From Eledone cirrhosa (lineage: Eukaryota), in the NCBI GenBank assembly GCA_964016885.1, contig OZ024756.1, forward strand, positions 24,366,001 to 24,430,000: DNA of 64,000 nt, written 5' to 3'. A model generated the notes under the pieces. That model was not told the origin of the DNA. It saw only the letters and a list, made by a program, of their open reading frames with translations, and did no database searches. Of the stretch, positions 1 to 12,994 are shown one piece after another. Made by a program: the position numbers and the translations under genes. Every line of letters starts with the position of its first letter. The first letter of the stretch is position 1.

Positions 1-1574
1 CGCATCACATGTCCATACCAATGCACCACCTTGGATACCTCTTAAACCCAGCTTCTCCCTCAACTCGTCCAAGCTCTGCCTTTCTCTCACTTATATTGCA
101 CATCCAATCTACATGTCCTCAGCAGTCACAGCCCATGTTTGACTACCATGCAGCATCAAACTTCGCACACAGGTGTCCTTTTGTACATAAGGAGAAACCT
201 ATATATATATAAATACCGTGACCTCTGGCGTCACGCAGTAATACAGAAGACCCGACTTACCACGGGTACAAGCCGAAGCTGAAGCATATAGACAATACCC
301 CCCCCCCCTCTGCCCACTGTAAAGTGGTCGTGGAGGTGCCATGGCAAAAAAGCACCCAGCCCACACTGTAAAGTGGACGTGTAGGCGCCCACGGAAAAAA
401 AAGCACCCAGCACTCACTGTAAATGAGGTTGGTGTTAAGAAGGGCATCCAGCTGTAGAAATCTCAAGCCAGAATCAGTTCCAGTATGAGCAAGACAAGGT
501 CAGCCAACCAGACACTCCCCACAACAGGACAACCCATCTAACCCATGCTAGCATGGAAGAACAGACCTAAAACGGTGATGATGATATATATATACATATA
601 TATATATATATTTAAAGATGGAAGTTGTCTATGTGCTCACCTTATACTCAGAAATTAAAAAACTGACACCCACAAAACAAAGAATTCAGAAAATGTGATA
701 ACAAAAAAAATGTACACTATACATGGCAATAAGGAAACAAAAAGAACTGTTGAATATACAAGATTTTGATATTTATTTTGAGAAAAATACCTTAACATAA
801 ATATGAACAGCCAGTTATGGCCGGTTTGAACAGAAAGAGGTGAAAGAATTCCGGCCAAATATGGCTGGTTTAAATGAGAAGGAAAGGAGGGAAAGCGCTA
901 GAATTGTTAAGCAATGAAAGAGGGAAGGGGAGAGGATGACAGACTCTACACCTAACTCAAAGTGGTGTTTCAGCTGCGCCCCACAGACTAAATGGCTAAG
1001 ACATTGCCGCTGACAATGGCCAGTGACACCTGCTGCAACAGCCACCCCACCTCACGTAGCTCCTTCCTCAGGCAGGCTGCTGTCATTCTGATTTTATGGA
1101 GGAGGTTAGCTGTACAGAGTTCAAGGATGCATGAGGTTTTGATGGTGACTGGTGGAAAGACTTCAACCTGTGTTCAGCTTTGGATTGCAAGTGTAGACTT
1201 ACTTTATACTAAATGATTGGAGATTTTTGTTTGACAGATTTTACAAGTAAAACCAACCAGCAGGGGATTCAGGGGTAGATAGACCCCGTGCAGGATGGTC
1301 TGATAACATCCATGACCTCAGCTAGTCTCGTTTGGGAATACAACTCCAATATTACAGACATAGTTAGAATGTCTAAGGAAAGAATCGCTGGACAGATTTT
1401 ACAGGCAATTGATGGTTGGATAAAAACCATGAGCTTGGCTGGTCTCACTTGGGGATCCAGCTGATTCAATTGAAGCTTCTGACATAACCCACTGGAAGGA
1501 GTGTTTGAGGGTTCTGCCCTTCATGACCCTACCAGGAATATGTAGGCAAAGAAAAAGAAAAAGAAGAGTTTTTT

Positions 1575-1903
1575 ATATCAATGTGTATTCATTTGTCAAC
1601 TAAGTTTATAATTCACAAATAAAGATTTTCAAAATATCTCAGTGAAAATGCAAGCACATTTGTTAACTACAAGATTTCTGATATATTTCACCATGATAAC
1701 TGTTCTCCAGTAATTTGTAAGAAAAAGATTTCTCACGTTTCAGTTACAAAATTTTCCTCCTCCTTCAGTGTGTTTGTGTTATTAAGACACTGTTAGAGTA
1801 TGTATGTGTGTGTGTGTGTGTTTTTGCTATTAAGATACCATTAGAATGTGTGTTTATTTGTGTTATTAAGACACTGTGAGAGACAAAAGATTTCCCAAAG
1901 ATT
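1575..1903 (-). pseudogene. Decayed zinc-finger remnants continuing past the ZNF stop codon
   Basis: Out-of-frame [20 protein letters not shown], plus further aaagattt/ttctccag finger-like segments at about 84-bp spacing. Confidence 0.55.
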
Positions 1904-3355
1904 TCACTGTTTTTCTCCAATGTAGTTATGTTTGTGGTTAACAAGATGGGAATTCTGAGTGAATGCTTTTCCACATATTTCACAATGAAAAGGTTTTTCT
2001 CCTGTGTGTGTTCTTTTGTGTATTGTTAAATTATCGTTATGAACAAAAGATTTGCCACATATTTCACAGTGGAAGGGTTTTTCACCAGTATGTGTTCTTT
2101 TGTGATTAATAAGATGACAATTCTGAGTGAAAGCTTTCCCACATATTTCACAATAGAAGGGTTTTTCTCCTGTGTGTAGCCTTCTGTGTTGTATTAAACT
2201 ACTGTTATGGCCAAAAGATTTCCCACATATTTCACAATGGTAGGGTTTTTCTCCAGTGTGACAACGTTTATGATTATCAAGATGAGAATTTTGAAAGAAA
2301 GCTTTCCCACATACTTCACAATGGAAGGGTTTTTCTCCAGTATGTATTTTTCTGTGTTGTGTTAAACTACCTGTATGAACAAAAGATTCCCCACATATTT
2401 CACAATGGTAGGGTTTCTCTCCAGTATGTGTTCTTTTGTGTGTTGTTAAATCACTGTTACTGGTAAAATATTTCCCACATATTTCACAATGGTAGGGTTT
2501 CTCTCCTGTATGTATTCTTTTGTGGGTTGTTAAATTACTGTTACGAGTAAAAGATTTCCCACATACTTCACAGGGGTAAGGTTTTTCTCCAGTGTGACTA
2601 CGTTTGTGGGCATATAAACTACAATTTTGAGTGAAAGTTTTCCCACATATTTCACAATGGAAGGGGTTTTCTCCAGTGTGTATTCTTTTATGTTTTGTTA
2701 AATTCCCGTTGTGGCCAAAAGATTTCCCACATATTTCACATTGATAGGGTTTCTCTCCAGTGTGTATTCTTTTGTGTATTGCTAAAGCACTGTTACGGCT
2801 AAAAGATGTCCCACATATTTCACAGTGGAAGTTATTTTGTCCAGTATGAATGCGATTGTGTTTATTTAACAAATTGTTAGTCGTAAAAGTTTTCCCACAT
2901 ATTTTACAATAAAACGAATTTTCTCCAATGTGAATATGTTTGTGTTTGTCAAGATGAGTCTTCTGGGTGAAAGTTTTCCCACAAATTTCACAGTGAAATG
3001 GTTTTTCTCCAGTATGACTACGTATGTGTCTTACACGAAGAGAATTCCGAGAGAAGGTTTTCCCACAGATTTCACAGTGAAATGGCTTCTCTCCAGTGTG
3101 GCTACGTATATGCTCAACAAGATGAGAATTTTGAGAGAAATAATTTCCACAGATTTCACAATGAAATCGTTTATCTCTGGTTTTCCTACTATCAATGCCA
3201 CATTGATATTCAGGAATATTTCTGTGTAACGATCCTAGTTCAGTAGTACATGTTTCTCTAGGTATATGTTTCTCATCGGTGTATGTCTGTGTAACTGTAG
3301 CTAAATTAGTAAAAGCGGAGGGGTTAGAATTATCTAAGTGTTTAACGAACGCCAT
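1904..3355 (-). CDS. Single-exon tandem C2H2 zinc-finger protein, 483 aa (14 intact fingers plus 1 degenerate)
   Basis: Repeated CxxCGKxFxxxSxLxxHxRxH with TGEKP linkers; short (~63 aa) N-terminus with no recognisable KRAB/BTB/SCAN domain; last finger ends HKHNY. Confidence 0.95.
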   Translation of the reverse strand: MAFVKHLDNSNPSAFTNLATVTQTYTDEKHIPRETCTTELGSLHRNIPEYQCGIDSRKTRDKRFHCEICGNYFSQNSHLVEHIRSHTGEKPFHCEICGKTFSRNSLRVRHIRSHTGEKPFHCEICGKTFTQKTHLDKHKHIHIGENSFYCKICGKTFTTNNLLNKHNRIHTGQNNFHCEICGTSFSRNSALAIHKRIHTGEKPYQCEICGKSFGHNGNLTKHKRIHTGENPFHCEICGKTFTQNCSLYAHKRSHTGEKPYPCEVCGKSFTRNSNLTTHKRIHTGEKPYHCEICGKYFTSNSDLTTHKRTHTGEKPYHCEICGESFVHTGSLTQHRKIHTGEKPFHCEVCGKAFFQNSHLDNHKRCHTGEKPYHCEICGKSFGHNSSLIQHRRLHTGEKPFYCEICGKAFTQNCHLINHKRTHTGEKPFHCEICGKSFVHNDNLTIHKRTHTGEKPFHCEICGKAFTQNSHLVNHKHNYIGEKQ

Positions 3356-4320
3356 AGTAATTTTTTAAGTTGGAAATGAAACTAATATAGTTCAATTTCT
3401 TGTCTTGGATATCATTTAGTTTAACGTATGTTATCTACAAACATAAACATCCACTTTGATACTAGATAATTGATACATAAGATATAAATAGATCAATTAA
3501 AGTTATAACGATAGCAAATAAACGGTGTCGTTGACAATATTCCCCCTCTCTGAACTCAACCGGTGACATAAGTTAAAAGTCACCAACAAAATTTAATACA
3601 CTCAAAAACAGTTTCAATCGTATCCAAACGATGGGAAGAGCAAAACAACGATTACGTTTTGATGGAGGAACGCCATGCGTGGTCGCTCAACTTGCTAGAA
3701 ATAACAACAAAATCTATATATTTTTTAAATTACACACTGTCCGTCATAAATTGACCAAGTAGTCGTTGAAATACAAAAAGAAAAGAACAAAACAATATTT
3801 TTTTGAGTCCAGTGTTCTCCTGTGGTGTCTATTTGATATGTCTATAACTACATATACATACATACATACATATCATCATCATCATCATTACTGTTTAACG
3901 TCCATTTTCCACGCTAGCATGAGTTAGACAAGTTGACTCATTACGAGACCAATCAGATCGGGTGACCGTGTCTTGCTCATACAGAACTGTTTCTAGCTTG
4001 GTTACTATGGCTGGATGCCCTTCTTAATGCCAACCACATTTACAGAGTGGACAGGGTGCCGTCTATCATGGCACCAAAATGAACATATATATATGTGTGT
4101 GTGTGCGTGTGTATGTAGAATCACCAGTCAGAAGAGCAGATCAATAATAGAGTCAGGTCCATAACTTCTATGGGTGACATTGTGACAATATACAATGAAA
4201 AACTAAATACATGTAAATGAAACTTCATCGTTTTTCTTTATATATATATATATATATATATATTTCGTTTCTGAATTTATTTAGCAAGATTCTTTATCTG
4301 AAAAAGTGTGTTGAAACCAA

Positions 4321-4717
4321 TATTGTTATGCTTTGGGAGGGTCATGTTGCCAATAAGAAACACACGCACCAGTTGCTTTCACTTCAATTTATTATAAATT
4401 AAATTTATAAATTTAGGAATTTATAAATTTCCAGTTGGTTGGTTGGTTGGTTGGTTCCACAACCAGACGATTGTTCATATATTGTCAAAGTTCTTTCGTC
4501 ACACATTCTGTGACCTCTTCAGTGACTGGGGATTCTTTTCTTTGTTTTTGTGCCTCTCCTTTTTTCTGTCCTACGCCATCTTGTTTTTGTGTGGTCAATC
4601 GTCTGGTTGTGGAACCAACCAACCAACCGGAAATTTATAAATTTAATTTATAATAAATTGAAGTGAAAGTAACTGGTGCATGTGTTTCTTATTGACAACA
4701 TGACCCTCCCAAAGCAT

Positions 4718-4725
<8 letters not shown>
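4321..4725. mobile_element. Palindromic pLTR-only remnant of the same Penelope-like family
   Basis: Arms of about 130-150 bp (4321-4475 / 4596-4725) homologous to 52635-52775, enclosing a hammerhead. Confidence 0.8.
4484..4526 (-). ncRNA. Minimal hammerhead ribozyme (PLE pLTR, variant A)
   Basis: gtca-CUGAAGA-g-gtcaca/tgtgac-GAAA-gaac-UU-tgac. Confidence 0.7.
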
Positions 4726-4756
<31 letters not shown>

Positions 4757-6743
4757 GTATTTCCATAGAAAAGGTAAAGGAAGGAAGAGTGCTCTATGTA
4801 TAGTACAGAGCTATTTAATTATGTAATAAACAACACAATACAAAGGTTTCACGAAGACAGGCGACCTCTGGACGATTCTGTTGAGGTTGCCTGTCTTTGT
4901 GAAACCTTTGGTAAATGGAATAATTGTATTGTGTTGTTTATTACATAAATATATATATATATATAATCTTTATTATGGATAAGTGATGACACTTGTTACA
5001 CTGGAGTTTCACCTGTGTACTCTCAGGATCATTAGAAGCAGAGACAGTATAAATAGGGGAATAATCAAGGTGGGGACAGGTGGGTGTTTTTGTATTATTA
5101 CAGGTGTATGCAGTAATACAGGTCTGTGTGTGTGTGTATATTGGGAAAAAAAGCCCAAATAATCACATTTGAGCAAAGTATAGCACAGCCAACTGGTTAA
5201 ACTTGTCTCATAATGTGGACGACCTGTCTAATGGGGAAAATTAAACTGTTAAACATTGATGATGATGATGGTAAAGAAAGACCCCCTTTGGTCACGAATG
5301 ACCATGGGATTTGCACCTAGAAAGTTTCCCTCCGAGGCACAAGTCCAGGCAAGGTTGTTTGTGGAAGACTAGCAGTCCCCCATGCATACCAGTCTCCCCT
5401 CTCCATGGCACCAATGTTGTCCAAGGGAAAGGGAAAGGCCAATACAGCTTGGCACTAGTGACTCGCAACTCATTTCTACAGTTGAGTAAACTGGAGCAAC
5501 GTGAAATAAAGTGTCCTGCTCAAGGGTACAACACATCATCTGGTCCGAGAATCGAACTCACAACCTATCGATTGTAAGCCCAACGCTCTAATCACTAAAC
5601 CATATATATATCATCATCATCATTTTACGTCCGCTTTTCCCTGCTTGCAAGGGTGGGACGGGAACTGATTCTTGCTTGATTTCTACAGCTGGATGCCCTT
5701 CCTAACACCAACCTCATTTACAGTGAGTGCTGGGTGCTTTACAGTGTGGGCTGGGTGCTTTTTTGCCGTGGCACCTCCATGACCACTTTGCAGTGGAATG
5801 ATAGGGACTCCAGTCCTATCATCTCATTTCTACATCTGAGTAAACTGGAGCAATGTGAAATAAGTGTGTATATATATTTATATATACACACACACACATA
5901 TCCGATCTCTCAATCTTTTACAAATCAATCAGAACTTTGTGTTCATGCCTGGAGATGCAATAAAATAGCTCATGAAATAGGATGAAGACTCTTTAAAGAT
6001 AGAAAAATCAAACCCCATATCTCCCGATACTGGCTAGCTGCTTTTTAGATCATTAAGCCAAAGAATTGTGACAACTCTTATTGAATCACAACTTTCAGAT
6101 GTCAACACACATCATAGCAAAAAACAAACATTGTGTATACGTAGCTTGTCTCTCGGGCTTTTACGAAGTGCTGAGAAGATAAAGTTAATATAAAGAATGA
6201 TGTGATCAAGCTATTTTATAGCATCTCCTTGCACACAATTTTTTTCTATTATCTTTATCTTCTCAGCATTTTGTAAAAGTCCAAGAGATCAGCTATGAAT
6301 ACATGATGTTTGTGACATCTGAAAACTGTGATTCAGGTATCTAATTTAAGTACGAGCTATCAAGGTCCCTTGGCTTAATGGTCTAAAGCATGAGTGATAC
6401 GCAAGTCAAGATAAGATAATCTTTAATCTTCACTTATATCTTCTAATGAAGCAATACACGTTATTTTCATTATCAATAATTCAATGGCTAATGAAGGATT
6501 GACAGAATCTTTGAAGTGTTGGAGGAAGAAAACAGTCTTCTCTCTTGCTGACTACTTCCATGTCATGGGACTCACATATCTAACCCGCTGCTTTATCAGA
6601 GAAAACTGACTTACATGTTGTTGTTATATGTGTAATAGTGAGATTTACTGCCACACCACAATGATATATATATTCTACACAGAAATAATACAGAATATAA
6701 AATGGTAAAAGTTGGAATCAGTATAGAATATTTAGTGTCTTAC

Positions 6744-6798
6744 CAGAGGGAAAAGAACAGGAAGAAAGAGAGAAACAGCAGAAAGCAGCAGAACAAAT
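6744..6798 (-). CDS. MFSD5: MFSD5-like exon 9
   Basis: ttttacag|(R)FVLLLSAVSLFLPVLFPL|gtaaga; phase-compatible hydrophobic helix. Confidence 0.8.
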
Positions 6799-8064
6799 CT
6801 GTAAAAGACAGAACACATTTATCATGAATTATAGTTAACCATATATACTTGAATATATGGCGAGGTATATGTCACCTTTTAAAAAATCGATAATAAAAAA
6901 AGGAGGGGAAGGGTGCTTATATCTGCCATCTAATCAATGTGTTGACTGGCTGCCTCGGCCTATAAATGGGGTTTGAATTTTTGCCCATTTCTCAGATATA
7001 GAATAGAGAGTTCGGATTATATTTAGATAGACCTATATTCGAGTATATATGGTAATTTGGGAAACAGTTAATGTACTTGAGGTTCTGCATGCTAGACACC
7101 ATTCTCCCACACCATCCAGACCCATATCATTAGAAGTAATGATGATTGAGTATTCCCATGCAAGCATAGAAAATGGACGTTAAACAATGATGATGATGAT
7201 TTTTGTTGTAATTAACTGTCTTAATAGATGGTGAATTAGTAGAGTCGTTAGAACGTTTTGCAGTATTCCTTTCAGCTCTCTGCTCTCTGAATTCAAATCT
7301 TGCTGAAGACAACTTCGCTTTCATCTTTTCAAAGTTGATAAAAAATATACAAAAAGCCATCAATCCAATTCTGGGGTTAATCTTCCCTTTATATCTCTTT
7401 CTAATTCTTCTCTTTGTCACTCTCTCTCTCTCGCCTTATTTGGAAGAAATAGGCTGTGTTCAGACCAGGACAGGGGATGGGCTCTGCCAGGTTTTAAAAA
7501 ATGCCCAAGATTTGAACTCAGAGAGCCGAAACGAATATCGCGAAGCATTCTATACGAGGTTCTCATGACTCTGCAAATTTGCCGCCTCTACCAGGGTTTA
7601 TACATACCCAACTGTCTTAATCTTATACTTAACAACAAACATATATCAATGTGAATCAAATCTTTTTGATTCAGTTTAAATACAAACGCCACGATTCATT
7701 ATAAGCTACAAACACCGACAATTAACTTTGATTCCCCAAGTAAATGGACTGTCATAACAGAACTTTAATAACAACAGCTTCTTTCCAAGGGAGGTCACTT
7801 AATACTTACAATGTTCATTTATTCCCCCTCTGTTGTCTCCCTTGAATTATTAACAATTATCATCATCATTTCCTTCGTTTACCATGCTTGCATGAGATCT
7901 CTCTTCTGGAAGAGAGATCTCATGCTAACCCATACCTTATTCTAGGTAGGATTCAAGCTGCTACTATTTAATACATTACCATACCCCAACAATGGCGGAT
8001 GTATTGTTTATGAACAACATAGACAACTCTCACATCAGGCATATAATATTGTTGGTATGATATG

Positions 8065-8107
8065 TCTGACTGACTGACTGACTGACTGACTGACTGACTG
8101 ACTGACT

Positions 8108-8201
<94 letters not shown>

Positions 8202-8487
8202 GCACTGTTGATATGATGTTTGTAGCGACTGGCACACACACACACACACATATATATACAGCACTGTTGATATGATGTTTGTAGCGACTGACATACACAC
8301 ACACACACACATATATATATATACAGCACTGTTGATATGATGTTTGTAGCGACTGGCATACACACACACACACATATATATATATACAGCACTGTTGATA
8401 TGATGTTTGTAGCCACTGACATACACACACACACACACATATATATATATACAGCACTGTTGATATGATGTTTGTAGCGACTGGCAT

Positions 8488-8518
<31 letters not shown>

Positions 8519-8554
8519 CAGCACTGTTGATATGATGTTTGTAGCCACTGACAT

Positions 8555-8585
<31 letters not shown>

Positions 8586-8710
8586 CAGCACTGTTGATAT
8601 GATGTTTGTAGCGACTGGCATACACACACATACATATACATATATATGTGTATATATATGTGTATGTGTGTATATATATATGTGTGTTTGTGTGTGTATA
8701 TGTGTGTGTA
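8065..8710. repeat. (CTGA)n, (CA)n and 7 copies of a compound unit (constant ~35 bp plus (CA)n(TA)n)
   Basis: ACAGCACTGTTGATATGATGTTTGTAGCGACTG repeated every ~60-66 bp. Confidence 0.9.
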
Positions 8711-8711
8711 T

Positions 8712-8757
8712 GTCAGGATGGTAGAGTGGTCTAAGGCGCCAGACTCAAGTTCTGGTC
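8712..8757 (+). pseudogene. 5' part of tRNA-Leu(CAA), truncated
   Basis: GTCAGGATGGTAGAGTGGTCTAAGGCGCCAGACTCAAGTTCTGGTC closely resembles eukaryotic tRNA-Leu-CAA through the anticodon arm; no T-arm or 3' acceptor strand. Confidence 0.8.
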
Positions 8758-8847
8758 CATGAATGTGAAATTTTTTTCCAAGGGCGGTGCCCCAGCATGG
8801 CCTCTGCCAGATGGCTGGAACAGGTAAAAGAATAAAAGATATATATA

Positions 8848-9177
8848 TGGCTTAGTGGTTAGAGCATCGGCCTTGCAATCGAAAGGTTGTGAGTTCAATT
8901 CTCAGACCGGGTGATGTGTTGTTTCCTTGAGCAAGACACTTTATTTCACATTGCTCCAGTTTACTCAGCTGTAGAAATGAGATGATAGGGACTGGGGTCC
9001 CTATCATTCCACTGCAAAGTGGTCATGGAAGTGCCACGGCAAAAAAGCACCCAGCCCACACTGTAAATGAGGTTGGTGTTAGGAAGGGCATCCAGCTGTA
9101 GAAATCAAGCCAGAATCAGTTCCCGTCCCACCCTTGCAAACAGGGAAAAGCGGACATAAAAATGATGATGATGATGA
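8848..9177 (+). mobile_element. tRNA-derived composite SINE family 2; other copies at about 13190-13525, 26177-26455, 36480-36855 and 5610-5865
   Basis: TGGCTTAGTGGTTAGAGC..GAGTTCAATTC head, TCCTTGAGCAAGACACTT core, TTAGGAAGGGCATCCAGCTG segment, (GAT)n tail. Confidence 0.8.
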
Positions 9178-9278
9178 ATATATATATATATATATATATA
9201 TAAACAAAGGAAACATGTTTATATATATACAAAAGTTAAAGAAAACAGTGACAAGATGACAAGATAGCAGACACTCAC

Positions 9279-9349
9279 CTCATAAATGACTCGACAGGTT
9301 TTTGTAGCAAAAGGAGCTTGAAAACATAAGAACCAATCATAATACACAA
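9279..9349 (-). CDS. MFSD5: MFSD5-like exon 8
   Basis: tttcag|LCIMIGSYVFKLLLLQKPVESFM(R)|gtgagt. Confidence 0.85.
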
Positions 9350-9941
9350 CTGAAAATGGAAGAAAAAACAAACAGATAGGGTGCAGTAAAATACCAGGTG
9401 CAGTGACGCTTTAGTTCAGATCTAGCTGTCAAAACAGCCGGAGTTCAGCCGTCGGGGTCCTGAATCTTTTCACATATATATATATAGTAAAAATGCTTTC
9501 TTTATTAACCACAAGGGTTGATATATATATATAGTAATAATAATAAATGTGAAGACTAAAATCTAAAGGGCTCGACAAGGATAATATATATATAAAAATA
9601 TATTTTTTAAAAACCATAGAGCAAATATATATATATACATATATATATATATAAAGGAATTGTGGTAAGGAACCAGATGGACCATAACACACCAGAGTAC
9701 TCAATACTTAGGGTAGTAGAGTGGGGAAAAAGGAAAAAGTATGACCCCGACGGCAGATCTCAAGCTGTTTTGATGGCTATTTCTGGTCCAGAAATAGCCG
9801 TCAAAACGGCTTGACTTTTGCCGTCGTGGTCATACTTTTTCCTTTATATATATATATACATATATATTGGAAAATGAAGCAACTCCTTGGTACAGTAAGA
9901 TATATTTGTAAATATGTAACAGTGATTATAGAGGAACTTAC

Positions 9942-10099
9942 CATAAAAACTGAAAAGATGAGGCCATATGGTAGCTTATGTGGCTTAGCTTCTGTGTAGT
10001 TGTGGGCAGAGTTAAGAGATGGAGTCCACTCTAAGACAAACATATACATGGAACTTTCAAATAAGGATTGTATCATTCCTAAACACAGCACTTTGTGAT
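9942..10099 (-). CDS. MFSD5: MFSD5-like exon 7
   Basis: tttcag|DHKVLCLGMIQSLFESSMYMFVLEWTPSLNSAHNYTEAKPHKLPYGLIFSVFM|gtaagt; QSLFE...WTP motif. Confidence 0.92.
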
Positions 10100-11110
10100 C
10101 TGAAAGGAAATGGGCTTACAGTCAGTATAAGGACATGAAGGTGTGGGGCCTAGTGGTTAGGGTGTTGGACTCACAACCATAAGGTCATGAGTTGATTATT
10201 GGATCAAATGGTACATGGTGTCCTTGAGCAAGGCACTTCATTTCATGTTGCTCCAATCCCCTCAACTGAAAATGATAGTTTCTAATTTAGGCACAAGGCC
10301 AGCAATGTGTGTGGGGTCGATTATATCAACCCCAATCTGAGACTGTTACTTTATTTTATCAACGCCAGAAGGATGAAAAGCAAAGTTGACCACGGCGGGA
10401 TTTGAACTCAGAATGTAAAGGGTTGTAACTGTCATGAGACATTTTGTCCAATACTATACCGATTCTGCCAATCTACTGCCTTCATTCAGCTGAATTTAAT
10501 GAGTACCAGCAGCAGCAGCTGGAATTAAACCTCTGGAACAGACTGGTGTCCAGACTTGGTATGGAGTCTTTTCATGATAGGATAGAACTGGGGTCCTTTT
10601 TATTAAAACACCCAAAAACCCTCCTATAAGATTCAACCTCGTAAGAAACCAATTAAATCTACATCATCATCATCTCTGTTTAATGTCCATTTTTCCATGC
10701 TGGCATGAGTTAGACGAGTTTCCTGTTGTGAGCAATGCCAGGTCAGGTGACTATGTCTTGCTCTTACAGAACCGATTTAGGCTTGGTTTCTACAGCTGGA
10801 TGCCCTTCCTAGTGCCAACCTCATTTACAGTGAGTGTTGGATGCTTTTTGTCGGGACGCCTACACAACCACTTTCCAGTGGACTGGGTGACATAGGTGTA
10901 AGAATTAATTAACAACATTACAATGCAACATTTATAAAAATTACTACATCACATTAAGTATTTAAGTCATTACTCTAATACTGCAAATTTTAACAATAAT
11001 CTTTTCATTAGTAAAGATACTATAAATATTTGAATTAACAAACCTGTTTTTAGATATTTTCTGCTAAACCATTACAGGATGTTAAGAGTTAAAGTAAATT
11101 TAATACTTAC

Positions 11111-11247
11111 CTTTACTAATTAACTGAAAGGCATTCGCCAGTGATGTACAGATAGGTGTATCTTGGCTGCCATAGTTTTCTGGCCAGTTACAACTTATTG
11201 TAATGATCATCAATATTAACACCGCAGCTGCTAACTCAAATGGGGCC
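11111..11247 (-). CDS. MFSD5: MFSD5-like exon 6
   Basis: ttcag|APFELAAAVLILMIITISCNWPENYGSQDTPICTSLANAFQLISK|gtaagt; APF...WxENY motif. Confidence 0.9.
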
Positions 11248-11299
11248 CTGAAGAGTAGGAAAACATTGACTGTTGTCAGTTATATAGTAATGATTGTTG

Positions 11300-11740
11300 T
11301 AGGCACCATCAGCATCAACACTATCACCTTAAACACCACCATCAGCATCATCACTATCACCATATATGCCACCACCAGCATCATCACTATCACCATAAAC
11401 ACCATCACCATCATCACCATAAACACTACCATCACCATCATCACCATATACACCACCATCAGCATCATTACCATATACGCCACCACCAGCATCATCACTC
11501 TCACCATAAACTCCATCACCATCATCACCATAAACACCACCATCACCATCATCACAATATACACCAGCGTCAGCATCATCACTATGACCATAAACACCAT
11601 CACCATCATAAACACCATCATCATCACTGCCAACATAAATGCCACCACCATCATCACCACCACCACTACAATCACGATCACTATCACTGATACCACCACC
11701 ATCACAGACACCATTATTACCACCTCCATCATCACCAAAG
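11300..11740. repeat. Cryptic (CAT/CAC)n trinucleotide repeat in an MFSD5 intron
   Basis: Low-complexity ACC/ATC triplets. Confidence 0.85.
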
Positions 11741-11789
11741 TTCTACTTTTGAATCCATTTCAATAAATCAATCCTAGATTTTCACTTAC

Positions 11790-11908
11790 CTGTAACCAAA
11801 TATATCAACAGCAAATTGTGCAGCAAGTCCCATGAGAATGGCAACTACTGAATTAGCAAGGACACTTGAGCTGAGAATATTTCCCAGCAGATCTTTCTCA
11901 ATATTTCT
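11790..11908 (-). CDS. MFSD5: MFSD5-like exon 5
   Basis: ttgtag|RNIEKDLLGNILSSSVLANSVVAILMGLAAQFAVDIFGY(R)|gtaagt. Confidence 0.88.
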
Positions 11909-12994
11909 CTACAAATATAAAATAATATAACATATAAATAGAATGATGTGCTCAAATGCAGAGCTTCTATTATAAAAATAGCTTATAAAATTAGTTGAAG
12001 ACCCTTAACTCTTTATCATTTACATTACTCTATATATACTATTGTATTTTCACAGTAAAGGCTTTATCTCACATAATATCGAATCTATGAGATTTTGATA
12101 TTATTTATTTTGAGAACAATACCTTAAAGTCAGTATGAGGGGCCAGTTACAGCCAGTTTGAACTGAGTGAGAATTGAGAGAATTCTGGCTGAATACGGCT
12201 GGTTTAAATGCTAAAGTGTTATAGATGGAAAAAGAAGTTTTCATCAGTCACTATGAGGAATCAAACCTCATATCTCTCAGATACTGACTGGGTGCTTTAA
12301 ACCATTAATGTAATATATAATGTGAGCACACAAGGTGTCAGAAAAGTAACATGACTTTCTGAACTGTGTGAGCTATGAATTGGGTAGGGATTAGTGGGTT
12401 GCGTCACCATGTCATGCAATATCTGGGGAGTATATAACTGTGATCGCAGCTCTCTGCAGCCATTGTATATTTGTTCTTATATTTAGACAATCAAGTCAAT
12501 ATTTTTCTACAAATATGTAATGGGTATTGTGAACATAAATTCAATATTTCTATGCAAATATATGTGTAATGTGAAATATCTTAACCAGTGGATAGATTGC
12601 TGTGAAAGTTTGCAGTAAACTAAAGTAAAGACTTTAATTTTTAATGTGATGCAGTCATAGTGGTGTTATGTGCTTTTCAAGAATGTCTTGCTAATGTGGT
12701 TTCATGTGGTACAGGACGTTAAGAGTTGAAATAGAAAGATGAGGAAGGAGAGAGAGAGAGAGAGAGAGAGGATGTAGGTGTAAAGTCTGTCACCTTCTCT
12801 CCTTTCTTTCGTTGCCTAATAATCCTTGCTCTTTACCTCCATTTCCTCTCATTTATAGCATTTATAGTCCTTTTCAATGTCGCTTTTTTTTCTATATGTT
12901 TGTCTAAATATTAAATTCTTTATTATTTTTATATAATTTTATCCTAGCAATATATTTCAGTATTTTTAAATAAAAGAAATTCAGTCAGACTTAC

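Noticed and set aside
640-750. Hydrophobic ORF near a GTGAGC donor as the missing MFSD5 exon
   Set aside because: No MFSD5 motifs, and stops occur before the donor in all frames from the nearest good acceptor
8190-8630. CRISPR-like pattern of constant repeat plus variable spacer
   Set aside because: The spacers are only (CA)n(TA)n length variants, the context is eukaryotic, and there are no cas genes
11203-11766. Thr/Ile-rich mucin-like ORF
   Set aside because: Trinucleotide low-complexity tract within an MFSD5 intron
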